Source: Podospora anserina
Lineage: Eukaryota
Direction: 5' to 3'
Length of the DNA: 64,000 nucleotides
NCBI GenBank assembly: GCA_017654855.1
Contig: CM030336.1
Span: 1,116,001-1,180,000, forward strand
Part shown: piece by piece, positions 1 to 11,649 of the stretch
Numbering within the stretch: position 1 is the stretch's first letter
Layout of the letters: every line of letters begins with the position of its first letter
Notes under the pieces: model-generated
What the model saw: only the letters and a program-made list of their open reading frames with translations
Told to the model about the DNA's origin: nothing
The model's database searches: none
Position numbers and translations under genes: made by a program

Positions 1-1220
1 GCGACACCGGCTTGATAGGACGCCAGCTAGATGCACTTAACTAAATTCTTATAACAGAGGGCCTAGCACCCGATCTACGCGGGATCCGCTTGGATTATAT
101 CTATGTTGACAGCCCCTATCCTTCCGGCTGGCTTCCAGAAGAGGTAGGCCCAAGGGGCGGCAAGAAGCTGCCAATTGCCCTCTAACACTTGGAGTTGAGC
201 TGCCGTATCGACCCTCACAAAATCATAGGCTTTTATATCCACGACTGGGTTGAGCTTGTGGACCTGGGCGGTCTTCAGACGCTTAAGCTGACGGCGCCCG
301 TCGCTCTATGCGGTCTCGACAAGCTATTATCTCTGCACTTGCCCGCCCTGAAAACCTTGAGCTTTCGCTGTTGGAGAAGGCTAGACACCGTATATTTCGA
401 AAATGTGAAGCGCTTCCTAGCGCGATTGCGGCGACTCCGGACACTTTTAATTAGAGGATAGGATGGTCGTAGCGTTAGTCGAAATTGTAACGACACTATC
501 CGATCTCTCTGGCTCGACCATTGCGCAGATTTGCAGTTGCCGTATACGAGGGCGTCGCTCATATATCCTTCCAAGATTATGCGCCTAGGCGCATTCTACC
601 CTCGAATCATCACTCTCTCTCTATCGATTCGCCGCTCTAAAGGAAACGGAGACGAGGTCTCGAGGTACAAGGCTATCGATGCCACCCTCCTACGGCTGAA
701 GCGGCTCGCTCTAACACTAGACGCTTTGGTGATGTTGAGCCTACGCCTAGGTCCCAGATTAGTAGGTTAATAGGTATTATTCGAAGACTACACTATACAG
801 CCCTAGGGATATAACAACAAGCACGCCTTAGAAGTCATAATCAATAGTGCTGTGGATGATAAGCTCGCAAGACAGACTTTTAACGCGATTGACTCTCCGA
901 GGTTAGAGACGGTGATGGTCAGAGCTCAGGGGGGTAAGGACTTTAAGGTACCCCCAGGGGTGCGACTTTGGTTGCAATTTAAGACGTACTAACCTACGCT
1001 ACGCTTATTTATCGATACGCTATCTAGGGAGCGGATCCTGGAAAGGTTTAATTAAGTCAGGGTCGAGGAGATTAAAAGGAAAAAGGAAGACTCATTTAGT
1101 AAATAGGGCGAGTGGATAGTAAGTGAAACAGACTTGTATCTACCTGACTTTAGGAGGTAGTGGCCGAACATAAAGAAAGGAAATAAGGGGTGGTATAAGG
1201 ATTGGAATAGCTAGTGTAGG
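1..1220 (+). pseudogene. Decayed 3' part of an F-box/LRR-like gene, tandem paralogue of 1963-4170
   Basis: Fragments LSLSIRRSKGNGDE...LKRLALTLDA and DFRR*WPNIKKGNKGWYKDWNS align by eye with LSLPIRRS-KGDRHE...LKHLALTLEA and HFRKLWPGTKKGTKGRWEDWES of the downstream gene. Many TAG/TAA stops of RIP type. The 5' end lies outside the window. Confidence 0.7.
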
Positions 1221-1962
1221 GCTGATAAGTGGGGACGGTAAAGGATAGTATTTTATAGACTTTGCTGAGTTTTGGAGGCGGGTTTTCTTCTTAATAACAC
1301 ACACGCTTTTCCTCCTTAATTTCTAATGATAATGTTTAGTAACTAAACCTATACCGACGGACTATACTAGCCATTAGAAAGTTAAGAGGCTTTATAAGAA
1401 TAGTTAAAGGGCCTGGAAAGATACTTAATAACTAGACCTTTAAATAGTTATAAAGTATTAAAATATAGTTAATGGACCTTAAAAGATAGTGACTAGGCAT
1501 TTAAAGACAGTTAAAAGCCTATTGCTTTACATTTAAAGTATGCTTTGTAATAAGATAGGAGTTAACTTGACGTATTAGGAAACTGAGATGTGGGGCGACA
1601 CTGGGCCAGCGCTCGATTCCTGGGTGTTACAATTGCAGCGATTACAAAGCCGTCTTACACCTGCATCGCCGGTTGAGGATTCCATTATTTTTGGGGGACC
1701 CTGGGGGAGTGGGGACATCAGGTTCAACATGGTCATGATGTTTGATATGGACATTCGCATTTAGATAACCGGCCTGGACCTCGTGCTGCTGTGGTACCTT
1801 TTGCTGTGCCAATTTATTTTGTGGGGAGCGTAGCAGCGTTCCTTCTCTATCATCTACTGGGACTTAGCAGCCAGGTGTTCGCCTCGTATAAAGTGGCCAA
1901 CCACCCCGCTATGCTTATACCCTAGCTTCATCCGTTATTATCACCGTCGTTTATTTTCATCC

Positions 1963-4170
1963 ATGGCTACCCTACACAGACTCTCCACTGAAATCGTACT
2001 TCAAATTTGCGAGCTTTTACATGAGGATCACAGGCCCAGCTAAGTCTCGTTTGCACTGGCCAGCAAGCAATACCACGCCATCGCCACGGTGTTGCTATTT
2101 CAAAGGGTCACGTTCCACATCACAACACCAACACATCTCCAGAAGCACACAGCGAAATGCACCGCAGTTCTCGAACGGGACCACGCCTTCCGGCACGTCT
2201 GATACATTATTCTTGTGGGCTTCGACGATGAGGAGTTTGACATGCATGAGCGTTATCACCCACAATTCTTGAACGGAACCTATGAGGACGATATGATCGA
2301 TTTTCACCAGTGGAACGCCGGGCCAGCACCTTCCTTGCGGGGGGCTATCAACAACACAAGACTCCCACCGAATTCCCGATTACTCCGAGTTTCAGTGGCG
2401 TGTGAGAGCCGACAACACACCCACCACGGCAGCCTACGATACAGACAAGGCATGGGAGCCTTTGGCCAACTTGTTTCGGCGGCTTCCTGGATTACGAGAG
2501 GTCATTTATGAGTGCCCGGCTCAGTTCCCACCCTGCCTCCTTCAGGCTCTTCATGATAAGATGCCGCAGATCACACCGCGACTTCACCTCCGCACCTTCA
2601 AGCTGCGTATGATGGACGACATCATTACCGCCAACATTGTCTCCGACTCCCACGAGCTGGCCCTACTCACCTCCCCTTGCCTTTACAGTGTTTGGTTGGT
2701 GTTGGACGCTCCGGATCTGTCCGCCTACTGGTGGACAGAGTATCTTCGCAAAATTTTGGATGTTTTCTGTCAAATGATGGAAGGCCGGTTGCTTGCCTCC
2801 AACCTGGGCGAGATTGGCGGCACGCGGAACTACTCTCAGTTTCCGGGTACACGTACCGACGACATCCTTCTCGCAATTGTGAGAAATGCAGCCATGAAAA
2901 AGACCCTTCGTCCGGAAACGCTCAACATGGATTGCGCATATATCGACAACATTATGACGATAGATCCAGCTCTTGATCTTAGTATGCTCCGGACTCTTCA
3001 TCTCTTGCAAGTGCATTCTGTTTCATTCAAGGATGGGCTTTCAGCCGGAAGCTTTCCCCTACTGCGAGGCCTCTCATTGCAGTTCGTGTACCGAGATTCA
3101 TGGAGGGGGTATGACAAGTTCAAAAAGTTCATAAGGGGGTTCAGAAACCTTGAAAGTCTCCGGGAGCTGGGATGGGATTGGTCTGTGGCCTCCTTTTCAG
3201 ACTGGTCTGGAGAAATAGCCCCTTATCACAAAATTCGAAGCCTGTATTTTCAAGGCCCAGTGATGATGATGGCTAGATGGAAAGCTCGGTACAGTCCGAG
3301 TTGGAGATCAGATGTCTTGGGTATCTGTACCCTGGGGTGGAGACGTTGTCTCTGCCTATCCGCCGCTCAAACAAAGGGCGACAGACATGAGGCCCTTTTA
3401 TACCAGATAATAGGCAAGAGTTTTCCAAAGCTTAAGCATTTGGCGCTCACCCTCGAGGCACTTGCGGAAATTTTCATAGGCCGCCATCGCGGATCCTGAA
3501 TCCGCCCGCACTTGCTGCAACCTACCAGACGACGGTACAAGAGTTTTACTTGGGCCTGCTGCATAGTTCCGGCTTTATGGTAGCATCCTCCGAAAGTTAC
3601 AACAACCTCCCATTCGTCGATCAGCCCTTCCTTGCCTCTGGCTTGCCCCCCATTCTCAACAGGGAGATTCTGGGCCTGTTTGTCAACTCGGCCCTCGACG
3701 CCAAATTAGCCCGCCAGATCTTTGATTTGATCTCGTCCCCCTGCCACGCTTCCTCCGGACTGGATACTATGATGGTTCGAAGTAAGACCGTGTTGAGATT
3801 TCCAGACAGACATGAACCCTCACCGGAATAATCCTCTCACGGCCCCGTTGCCGGAACTAGGTCTAAGTACGGCCATCTCACAGCATATAATTCTTTAGGC
3901 CTGTGCTTGGCCGGATTGACGAAGGCGTGGCTGCTTGATACTCTTCACTGTGATGGTAGCGGGGAGAGAGTTAGGGTGAAGGAGATTGGGGCGCGGGCTG
4001 AGGGTTGGAGAAGGGAACGGATGGATTCGGTGAGGGTTCCTGAGGGGAGTCCATTGATGGATCATTTCCGGAAGCTGTGGCCTGGTACAAAGAAGGGTAC
4101 AAAAGGGCGGTGGGAGGACTGGGAGAGTGGGGATTTGGAGACGGAAACTCAGCAAGACTTATATGAACAT
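1963..4170 (+). pseudogene. F-box-like/LRR-like protein pseudogene
   Basis: ATG 1963 gives MATLHRLSTEIVLQICELL (F-box-like start). In-frame TAA at 2041, TGA near 2200, and several frameshifts (e.g. CAAA duplication near 3367-3374). ORF-track pieces 2402-3499, 3550-3831 and 3907 onward belong to it. End approximate. Confidence 0.7.
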
Positions 4171-4512
4171 TTTTCGAGATGGAGGAACAGGTTGAACCCA
4201 CGTACATCTTTGGCCTCAATATCCTTTCCTTTGGTAGATATCCATCTAGAGACCTGCACATTGCCTCCGAGTAGGTGGATAGTGAGGGCTGGCCGTCACT
4301 GGTCTTTTTCACATCCGGCTATAACATCCGAGTCAAGCATGGCAACTTTCAGGGTTCCGGCTTCCGGGTGGCGAGAGCACCAGGGGATTCGCCTCTGGAG
4401 TTGGGAGATAGGGGAGGCTACATAACTTTTGAATCATCTACAACAATATCTCATCTTTCAAGCAAAACACCGGATCCCAGGTCTCTTGTAGGTCAGGTAC
4501 CTAGGTGGTGTT

Positions 4513-5250
4513 CTAAGCTGCTACACAACGACTACCACCACCCGCACAGCCTCCACAACCTCCGCAGCCTCCTTCAGGCCCAGGCTCTTGGTACGGACTG
4601 TCGTCGCACAGCTCACGGTTGTGACAGCTACATTCTGCGAGGTCAAGTTTGACCGGCAGCAACCAGCTTGAGTTCCTGATCAACCGTTGAACCACCGACA
4701 GCTCGGCCTTCGGCAAGACCCCGTCGGGTTTTAGACGAGCTGCCTCACAGAACCAGCTATTGCAGCGAACATATTCTCCCCAAAATGACGTTTATACAGC
4801 TGTTTTGTTTGCTCAAGTCCAGAAGAGATGGCCTTTTGCTCGAGATGGTCATTGTGCTTGATAAAACGTCCGTTGGTGACAGTTTTTGAAAATTGGAAAT
4901 ATTCTACCGGCGAGAGTTGGTGTGTGTGCCAGACTAGGTCTATATCCAGCGTGGGAACAACGGATACCAGGCCGGCGTGGAACAGACGAAGGAAACTGCT
5001 GTATCGCGCAATTGCCCGTCGAAAAATCGAGTCTGAATAGGGGCTGTGAATCCAACCAACACGTGTTAACGTGAGGGCGAAGTCAGCCTGACGGCCTACA
5101 GCGGCTACGAGGTCGTACTTGGCTGTCTGGTAACCAGGAAGACTGCGATTCGTTGTATCCAGCTTAAGAATTTCGGCGGTCAAAAGCTCGGGGATTTCAA
5201 TTCCAGCACTAGCTTTCTCGTTAAAATCAACAAGAAAGTCGGGAGAAAGG
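4513..5250 (-). pseudogene. DUF1399 / glycine-rich-domain (GRDP-like) protein, frameshifted and 5'-degraded
   Basis: Signature VPTLDIDLVWHTHQLSP. Correcting a 1-nt frameshift near 4775 restores YVRCNSWFCE and joins the Gly/Cys-rich tail GGCGGCGGCAGGG (stop at 4513). Confidence 0.75.
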
Positions 5251-6162
5251 GCCTAGTAATTCAATATGTCGAACTCGTGATTCTGAAAGAGTCAATTTTG
5301 CCGGGTCAGCACCAAGATCCTCGCTCTAGATATGGCCTCTTTATTAATATAGTCGTTCTCCTTTTAATGTCGTGTTTCGGATCGAAACTAGCATGTCACC
5401 TACAAGTAACTCCCAGTGTAGACCGCAGTCAGCAGCCCCACTGGGACAGACCGCTATGGCCCAGTCTTTATAAAGATACGGATTCAACATAAATGAATGC
5501 CAAATCATCAACACGTCTCATCACAGGGCAGTACTATTAGTATCTGGACACGACCGTCATATACGTAAAGGCTTGGGTCAATACTGACCGAGAGGGGGCA
5601 GCGAAGTTTGCATCGCAACATCGCTCACAGAGAAAAACCAACGAAGGAATCTCGAGGTTGCAAGACGAAGATACTGATCCCATACTGCTTCTTGGCCTGT
5701 CTGTTTTGATTGAGCCCAATGCCGCGCGCTGTCCCTCAAGGCCGCAAATGACTCGAGAAGCCTCAGATGGACACCACAGGAGGCAATGGTGGGGGGGGGT
5801 CCATTTAAAGCGTGTCAGGAGACTTCGCCCGTTGCAGTCGCAACTTTGGGGAGGACTGATACTTTTGAAATTCGGGGCGCTGCCTGGAGGCTTAAATACC
5901 TCAGGTCGGTAGGTAATGTGTTGCTTCCAGCCCAAAGCTGAATGTGAATGTCCCGTCAAACGCTGAGGCGGTGGCGCAGCAAAATATTGGCTTTACCATC
6001 GGTTGCCTCAGCTGCTAGGAAGGTATGTCGCGGGGCTCGCACACACCCAGTCCAGGCTGCAGCCCACAAAAAATAACTACCGAACCTCCTAGACATTTAC
6101 ACGTAATTAGCACAAAACCAGAAATTCACAACCGAAGAATCAAACTCTGACCACAGCTCGAA

Positions 6163-6949
6163 ATGGCCGAAGTCATTGGCATTGTTGCTGGAGTTGCGGG
6201 TCTGGCAGACGTCGGGGCCAGGCTTTCTCATAGATTAAGAGAGGTCGTTCGCAGTTGGATGGACGGCCCTTCTAAGATTTTCGCTCTCAACAACGAAGTT
6301 TCCGACTTGACTACCGTTCTTCGCTTCACCGAGAATATCTGTCGAGGCGCACGACACATTTATATGAGCGACTTCTTTACGACCACGCTAGAACAAAATA
6401 TCAGAAGAGCGCGGCAATTTCTCGAGGGGATGGAGGATATCGTCACCTCTCTATCGTCCACGACAGAGACCAAACGGAGGAGGCGATGGATGTAACTAAA
6501 GGCGTCCATCGTAAAAAAGAAGGAAGAACTGAGAGCTGACTGTCTCCAGATTTGGGACCTTTTGCAGGTTTATCAAATGTATAACTATTGCCTAATTTAT
6601 TAGTATATTTGAATAGTAACTGCTAAAAATAGATTTATGGATACTAAAGTCTAGCTTTAGTTTAAATCGGTCCAGCTTGAGCTGCGAGATACTGCTCGAG
6701 TGACATCGAATAACGCCCACTCTATAAAGAAAATAATAAAAACTATTAAGTTAAGTTAGGTATATATACTCGAATTAACCGTAAAAATACTAACTACTAC
6801 CTGGCGACTGGAATAAACTATACGAGGGATATTAGGGGATTTAAGAGACTTAAAAAGCCGCTCTTTTATCTCTCTTCTAATAGAACTTTCCACGCTACTA
6901 ACCCCTAACGTTCCATATACCGTAGATACTATGGGTAACTAACCGTTTA
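6163..6949 (+). pseudogene. N-terminal HeLo-like (fungal STAND/NACHT N-terminal) domain gene, truncated by an LTR
   Basis: MAEVIGIVAGVAGLADVGARLSHRL...IFALNNEVSDL is typical of this domain. RIP-type TAA at 6493; probable intron about 6579-6632; RIP density rises toward the LTR at 6950. Confidence 0.65.
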
Positions 6950-7395
6950 TATAACGAACCCCTATATAGAACCTCTGAAAGGGATACTGGTTAAAGGTAA
7001 CTTCTAATAATCAATTCGGTACAGCTAAACAGTGCACAATAAAATTTCTTAATCACAATAGCTAAGATATTACGATTATGACTTATATTATATACTGCGG
7101 AACTATTTATCTATATTAGCTAGTTCCTCGGTATATATAAATCTCCGGACCTTAAAGTACTCGCTTTACTACGGCCCCGATTACTTTTAGTATATTATAT
7201 CCTGCAATATACTCGTCGTACTATACTTTTAATTATCCTTAGTATCTTATATCCTATAGAGTACTCGTGGGTTAACGCTATAGTACTTTCGTTTAACTTT
7301 AATTAGCGGTTTCCTAACTTCCTTAATAATTAATTGGAAACGTCTTACGCCCTATATATAGCGCGGCCTACTATTAGGTTAATAATAGAATAATA
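6950..7395 (-). mobile_element. LTR family A (gypsy, crapaud-like), RIPed
   Basis: Collinear with the solo LTR at 32366-32808 (TATAACGAACCCCTATATAGAACCTCTGAAAGGG...). Right end approximate; no TSD found. Confidence 0.8.
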
Positions 7396-7716
7396 CCCCT
7401 CTTTTTAGGTCGACGCTCCGGCAACTATATTCCTAAAATAATTACCGATCTTTATTTCTTTCTATATTTCTTTAATAGATTTCTCTCCTTTTTTATCCTA
7501 ATCGTATATTTAATCGTATTAGAAAATCGACTCGTATAAATATTAACAGTCGCCGTAATTAAATATGCTTTCTCGAGAAATTTAGCTTTATTATACCCGA
7601 GTATATTTATTATAAGGAAAATAACCACCGGTACGTAACTTCCCTTTAATATAAACGGTACCTCCCATATATTAATTTAAATCGTTCTTATTATAACGTT
7701 TATAATAAAAATCGTA

Positions 7717-9578
7717 ACGTGCATAATAAGCGAGCGACGCAAATAAGCGAGCGACGCACTCTCCACCACAACGCGTCTCTTTAATATCTTCTACTACAAT
7801 TTACTACTAATAACCATGGACGGCCCTTTAAAAGAAGCGAGACTTTTTCTTGCCCTCGAAGCTATTTAAAATAAGGAGGATCTTAATATCCGCACTATAG
7901 CTAAGTTATATAACGTCCTAGAAGCAACCCTCCGCTATAAGCGTAATGGCCGACTAATGCGACGCGATATTCCGGCTAATTTATATAATTTAACGGATCT
8001 AGAGGAAAAGATAATAGTTTAGTACGTCCTTAAGCTATCTATACGCGCATTCCCACCTAGATTAAGTAGTGTGGAAAATATAACTAACTAACTACTATAT
8101 ATACGTAACGTGCCTCCTATTAATAAATATTAAATATATAATTTTGTTAAACGTTAGTTATAGCTCCGTACGCGTTTTACGTATAGATACGATTATTAAA
8201 GGACTAAGTACGAAGATCCGAAGGTTATTACTAAATAATTTATGTTTATACGGAATATTAAAGTTAAATATAATATTATAAATAATAATATTTATAATTT
8301 CGATAAAACTAGGTTTATAATAAATATTATTTTTATAAGTATAGTAGTTATAACTTTAAACGGCTTTAATAAAATAAAATTAGTTTAGCTTAATAACTGT
8401 AAATAAGTAACGGTAATTTAAGGAGTTAATACCCTCGGTTAGGCTATCCCGCCCTTTATTATTTTAACCGTATAATATTACTTTATTAATTAATATACCG
8501 AGTATAATTTACCGTTTATTTAATATATTATAATTACCGATAATAATTAAATTATTAATCCGGTAAATTTAAATTAAATTAAATATTTCGATTATTATAT
8601 AACGTCCCGTACGAAAAGTAAATACCGATTATTAATCTTCGATAATTACAAAAGTTATTATTTAATTAAATTCGAATATTATTATTAATAAAATAATATT
8701 ATTATATTTTATATACCTTTATATTCCTCCTACCTCTTTTAGCCACTCGATATTAATTATTTTAGGCCGCTAAAATAAGCGTACGGCCGCTAAATCGAAA
8801 GTTTAATACGTATATATATTAATTATATAAGTAAGTTCGAGTTTCTTTATATTTTCCGCGAAGCTTTTTTTGCCTCTATAATAGAGAAAAATATATAGGG
8901 TAGCTTTACGGGTACTAACTTTATACTATACGATTTAAAAAAGGTACTTTTTAAATTAAATATAAAGTTTCGTACGCTTATACCCCTATCTTTAAGGCCG
9001 GGTACGGCACTACCTTAGGTATTTTAAATATTATAAAACTTCCGAAAAGCTAATTTATAGTTAACGCTTATTAAAATTCGTATTACTAACTATTAAAATA
9101 ACTTTCCGACTTTAATATTAATTACTATAGACTAATTTACTAAGGGTACGATAGTTATAATGCACTAGGTAGCCCTCTTTTAATTAAAAAATATTTTGTT
9201 CCGTAAGGCTAATAAAGTATTAAGTAAGCGCCGGAAAGCTAAAAAAATATGCGTACGGCTCGGAGGATTACTTACTATATAAAATATATAGGATCTACTA
9301 GACTAGAAGGCCGTAGGTAAGGAGGTAGTGGAAGAAATATAGCCGGATAGCGGTAGTGCTAGGGGGGCTCGTACGAAGGTTCAGTACTGTAGTGTGTGCG
9401 GCAAGCCTGGCCATAATGCCCGCATTTGCCAGGAGGCTGCAGAAGGGTCTGATTTAGCTGTTTCTGACGTAATTATAGTTAGTTCTTAATATTGTGGTCT
9501 AGTAATTGAGGATAGTTATAGTAAGGTGGTGGAGAGTGCGTCGCTCGCTTGTCTACGTCGCTCGCTTATCATGCACGT
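7717..9578 (+). mobile_element. Fot1/pogo (Tc1-mariner superfamily) DNA transposon, copy 1, full length, RIP-inactivated
   Basis: 1862 bp with TA target duplications (7715-16, 9579-80). TIRs ACGTGCATAATAAGCGAGCGACG... / ...CGTCGCTCGCTTATCATGCACGT carry an internal direct repeat. Transposase relic runs from ATG 7817 to a C-terminal CxxCxxxxHxxxxC knuckle near 9390-9430. Confidence 0.95.
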
Positions 9579-10240
9579 TAAGTCTTTTTCTTATCCCTTT
9601 TCCTCCTTCTTTAATTAATTTTATAGTCTATCCTTTTATTAAGGAAAAATAACGTTTAGATACCGAAAAGCAAGCTACTTTAAATAAGTTTCTTTATTTC
9701 GAAGCGTAACCGCGTGCCTTTAAAGTTCGAGCCTTTACTACTTTCCGTTATAAATCCCGGCTCTTTAAAGAGGAAGAAAAAGAGTTTTCCGCGCGGATTG
9801 CTACCCTATATAGCCCGCCGGTAGCGGATACTTTCGTTATTCCTTCCGACTTTTCCTTTTTACATCTTTCTTTAAACTTTAAATAACTTTCCGACTTTCT
9901 TTTAGACCTTAGTACGGCTAGTCCTTCCTTCTTAACTCTATAAAGTACCGCCGGTAATATACCTTCCACTTCCTAAAGTAATTAAGACGCGTAATACTAC
10001 TTATACCTAAGTCCTTTTATACCTTTTAACCTCGTAGTATAGTATATAGTAGGTCGGCTATTATATTAAAAGTATAGGTTTGATCCCTATTAAGCTTCTT
10101 TTGAATTTAGAAAAACCCGATAGGGTTTTCTAAACTTGTATCTTATTTTACTATTTATTAATAGTAATTCATTAACCCTTTTTTTACGATAGTGGAGTCG
10201 TATAATATTAATTAAATTTAGATGCCTTTATATTTATTAA

Positions 10241-10719
10241 TGTTAGCTGGTGAGACCTGATAGGCCTATAATATAAAGCCTATATAGGGTTGCTGTAAAA
10301 TACAGCAGTGCGTAAGCGGAAGCGGGAGGATACGACGGCAGTGCCGAAGGAAAGTAAAGCACTGTAATATAGTAAGGTATAAGGAATAAAAATTGCTTTT
10401 ATTGCCCTTGGCCTTAGCCTTTAGCCTTAGCCTTAAACTTTTGCCTTTAAGGAAAGAAAGAGAACTATTCTATAGGAGAGAGGAGAGGTTTATATATAGG
10501 CTTTCGTAGGCCTACTGTGGGTCCTGTAGGCCTTAGAAGCCCCTATACCACTTTGGGGTATTTAGTGGGCTTAGGTAAGTTTAGTGTAGACTTACGGAAA
10601 TCCATAGAACCTTCGGTAGCAGAGGTGCCCTGTAAATTACATTATTGTAGCAATTTACTACGTAAGCCTGTAGCTACTTTGAAAGGTTCTAGTATCTATT
10701 AACTAAGCCTTAAGCTATA
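10241..10719 (-). mobile_element. LTR family B (copia), partial
   Basis: Collinear with 43747-44225 and reverse-complementary to 41918-42551; cut off by a different LTR at 10720. Confidence 0.85.
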
Positions 10720-11228
10720 TATTACGCCCCAAGTATAATAACTCCGTAAAGGAACTACTGGGTGGTTCCCGAGGTGCTGGGACACCTTAGCTAATTATTG
10801 GGCCAGGGATAGAAAGACCCATAAAGTCCCTATATGACTAATTAGGAGGTGCTTAGTCTGATTAGTAGCTAAGACCACTGAGCACACTAAGCACATCGAT
10901 TATAAAAGATTGCTTAGTTTGCTTAGCCGCTAAGATTATTAAATATACTAAGTAAGGTATAAAGATACTTTAGAAACATATGTAGATAGCTGCATATAAA
11001 TAGGAGGGAGCGCCTAGCGTTCTCCGTGTCGAGGAATTTAACTCCTTACGCAAGTAATTAAGTTTATTTATCTATAATTTACTCTTAAGTAGTTTTTTAT
11101 AGAACGATATATTGTTAATAGTAAACCCCTTATTTAAGACGCTTGTCACAACCTTCGATTATCCTGTTATATTTACCTCTAGCGTACTGCCTTGCAGTCT
11201 ATATCCATTCCCGGTATAGGTTATAACA
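10720..11228 (+). mobile_element. Probable solo LTR, family E
   Basis: About 509 bp, T(G>A)TTACG...ATAACA termini, internal TATA-like ATATAAATAGG and short direct repeats. Single copy in the window and no TSD. Confidence 0.5.
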
Positions 11229-11649
11229 CCGTGCTACCTCTTTCCTATTAATTATTCTTTTCGGGTGTTTATATTATATTCGTGATACCTAGATCGATCC
11301 TCGATCCCATTAATCCTATTCTGGTTAGTCTTTATTCCTATACTAATAATTAGTCCGTGGTGCGCCCGCGCCTTACCTAGAAAAGGCTGTATAATATCTC
11401 GGTGGATTGTACGGCACAATATTAGCCTCTTCTTAGTTTGGAAGCAAAGAAATTATATTACTTCCTCAGACTAGTTAATTAAATAGTGAAGCAGCGCTAT
11501 TAGTAAACAAAGCGACGGCTTATACTAAACTAGCGTTATCCTATTCCTCGAGCGTAATATTGCGGCCCTAGTTAAAAAGTTATTTATTTAGTTCGGGGTA
11601 TTAACTTCTAGCAAAAGCTAGTCTAAGTTATATGCGGTATCGCTAATAA

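Noticed and set aside
7396-10240. RIPed sequence flanking Fot1 copy 1 (7396-7714, 9581-10240)
   Set aside because: Probably an older transposon, but too degraded to assign a family or boundaries.
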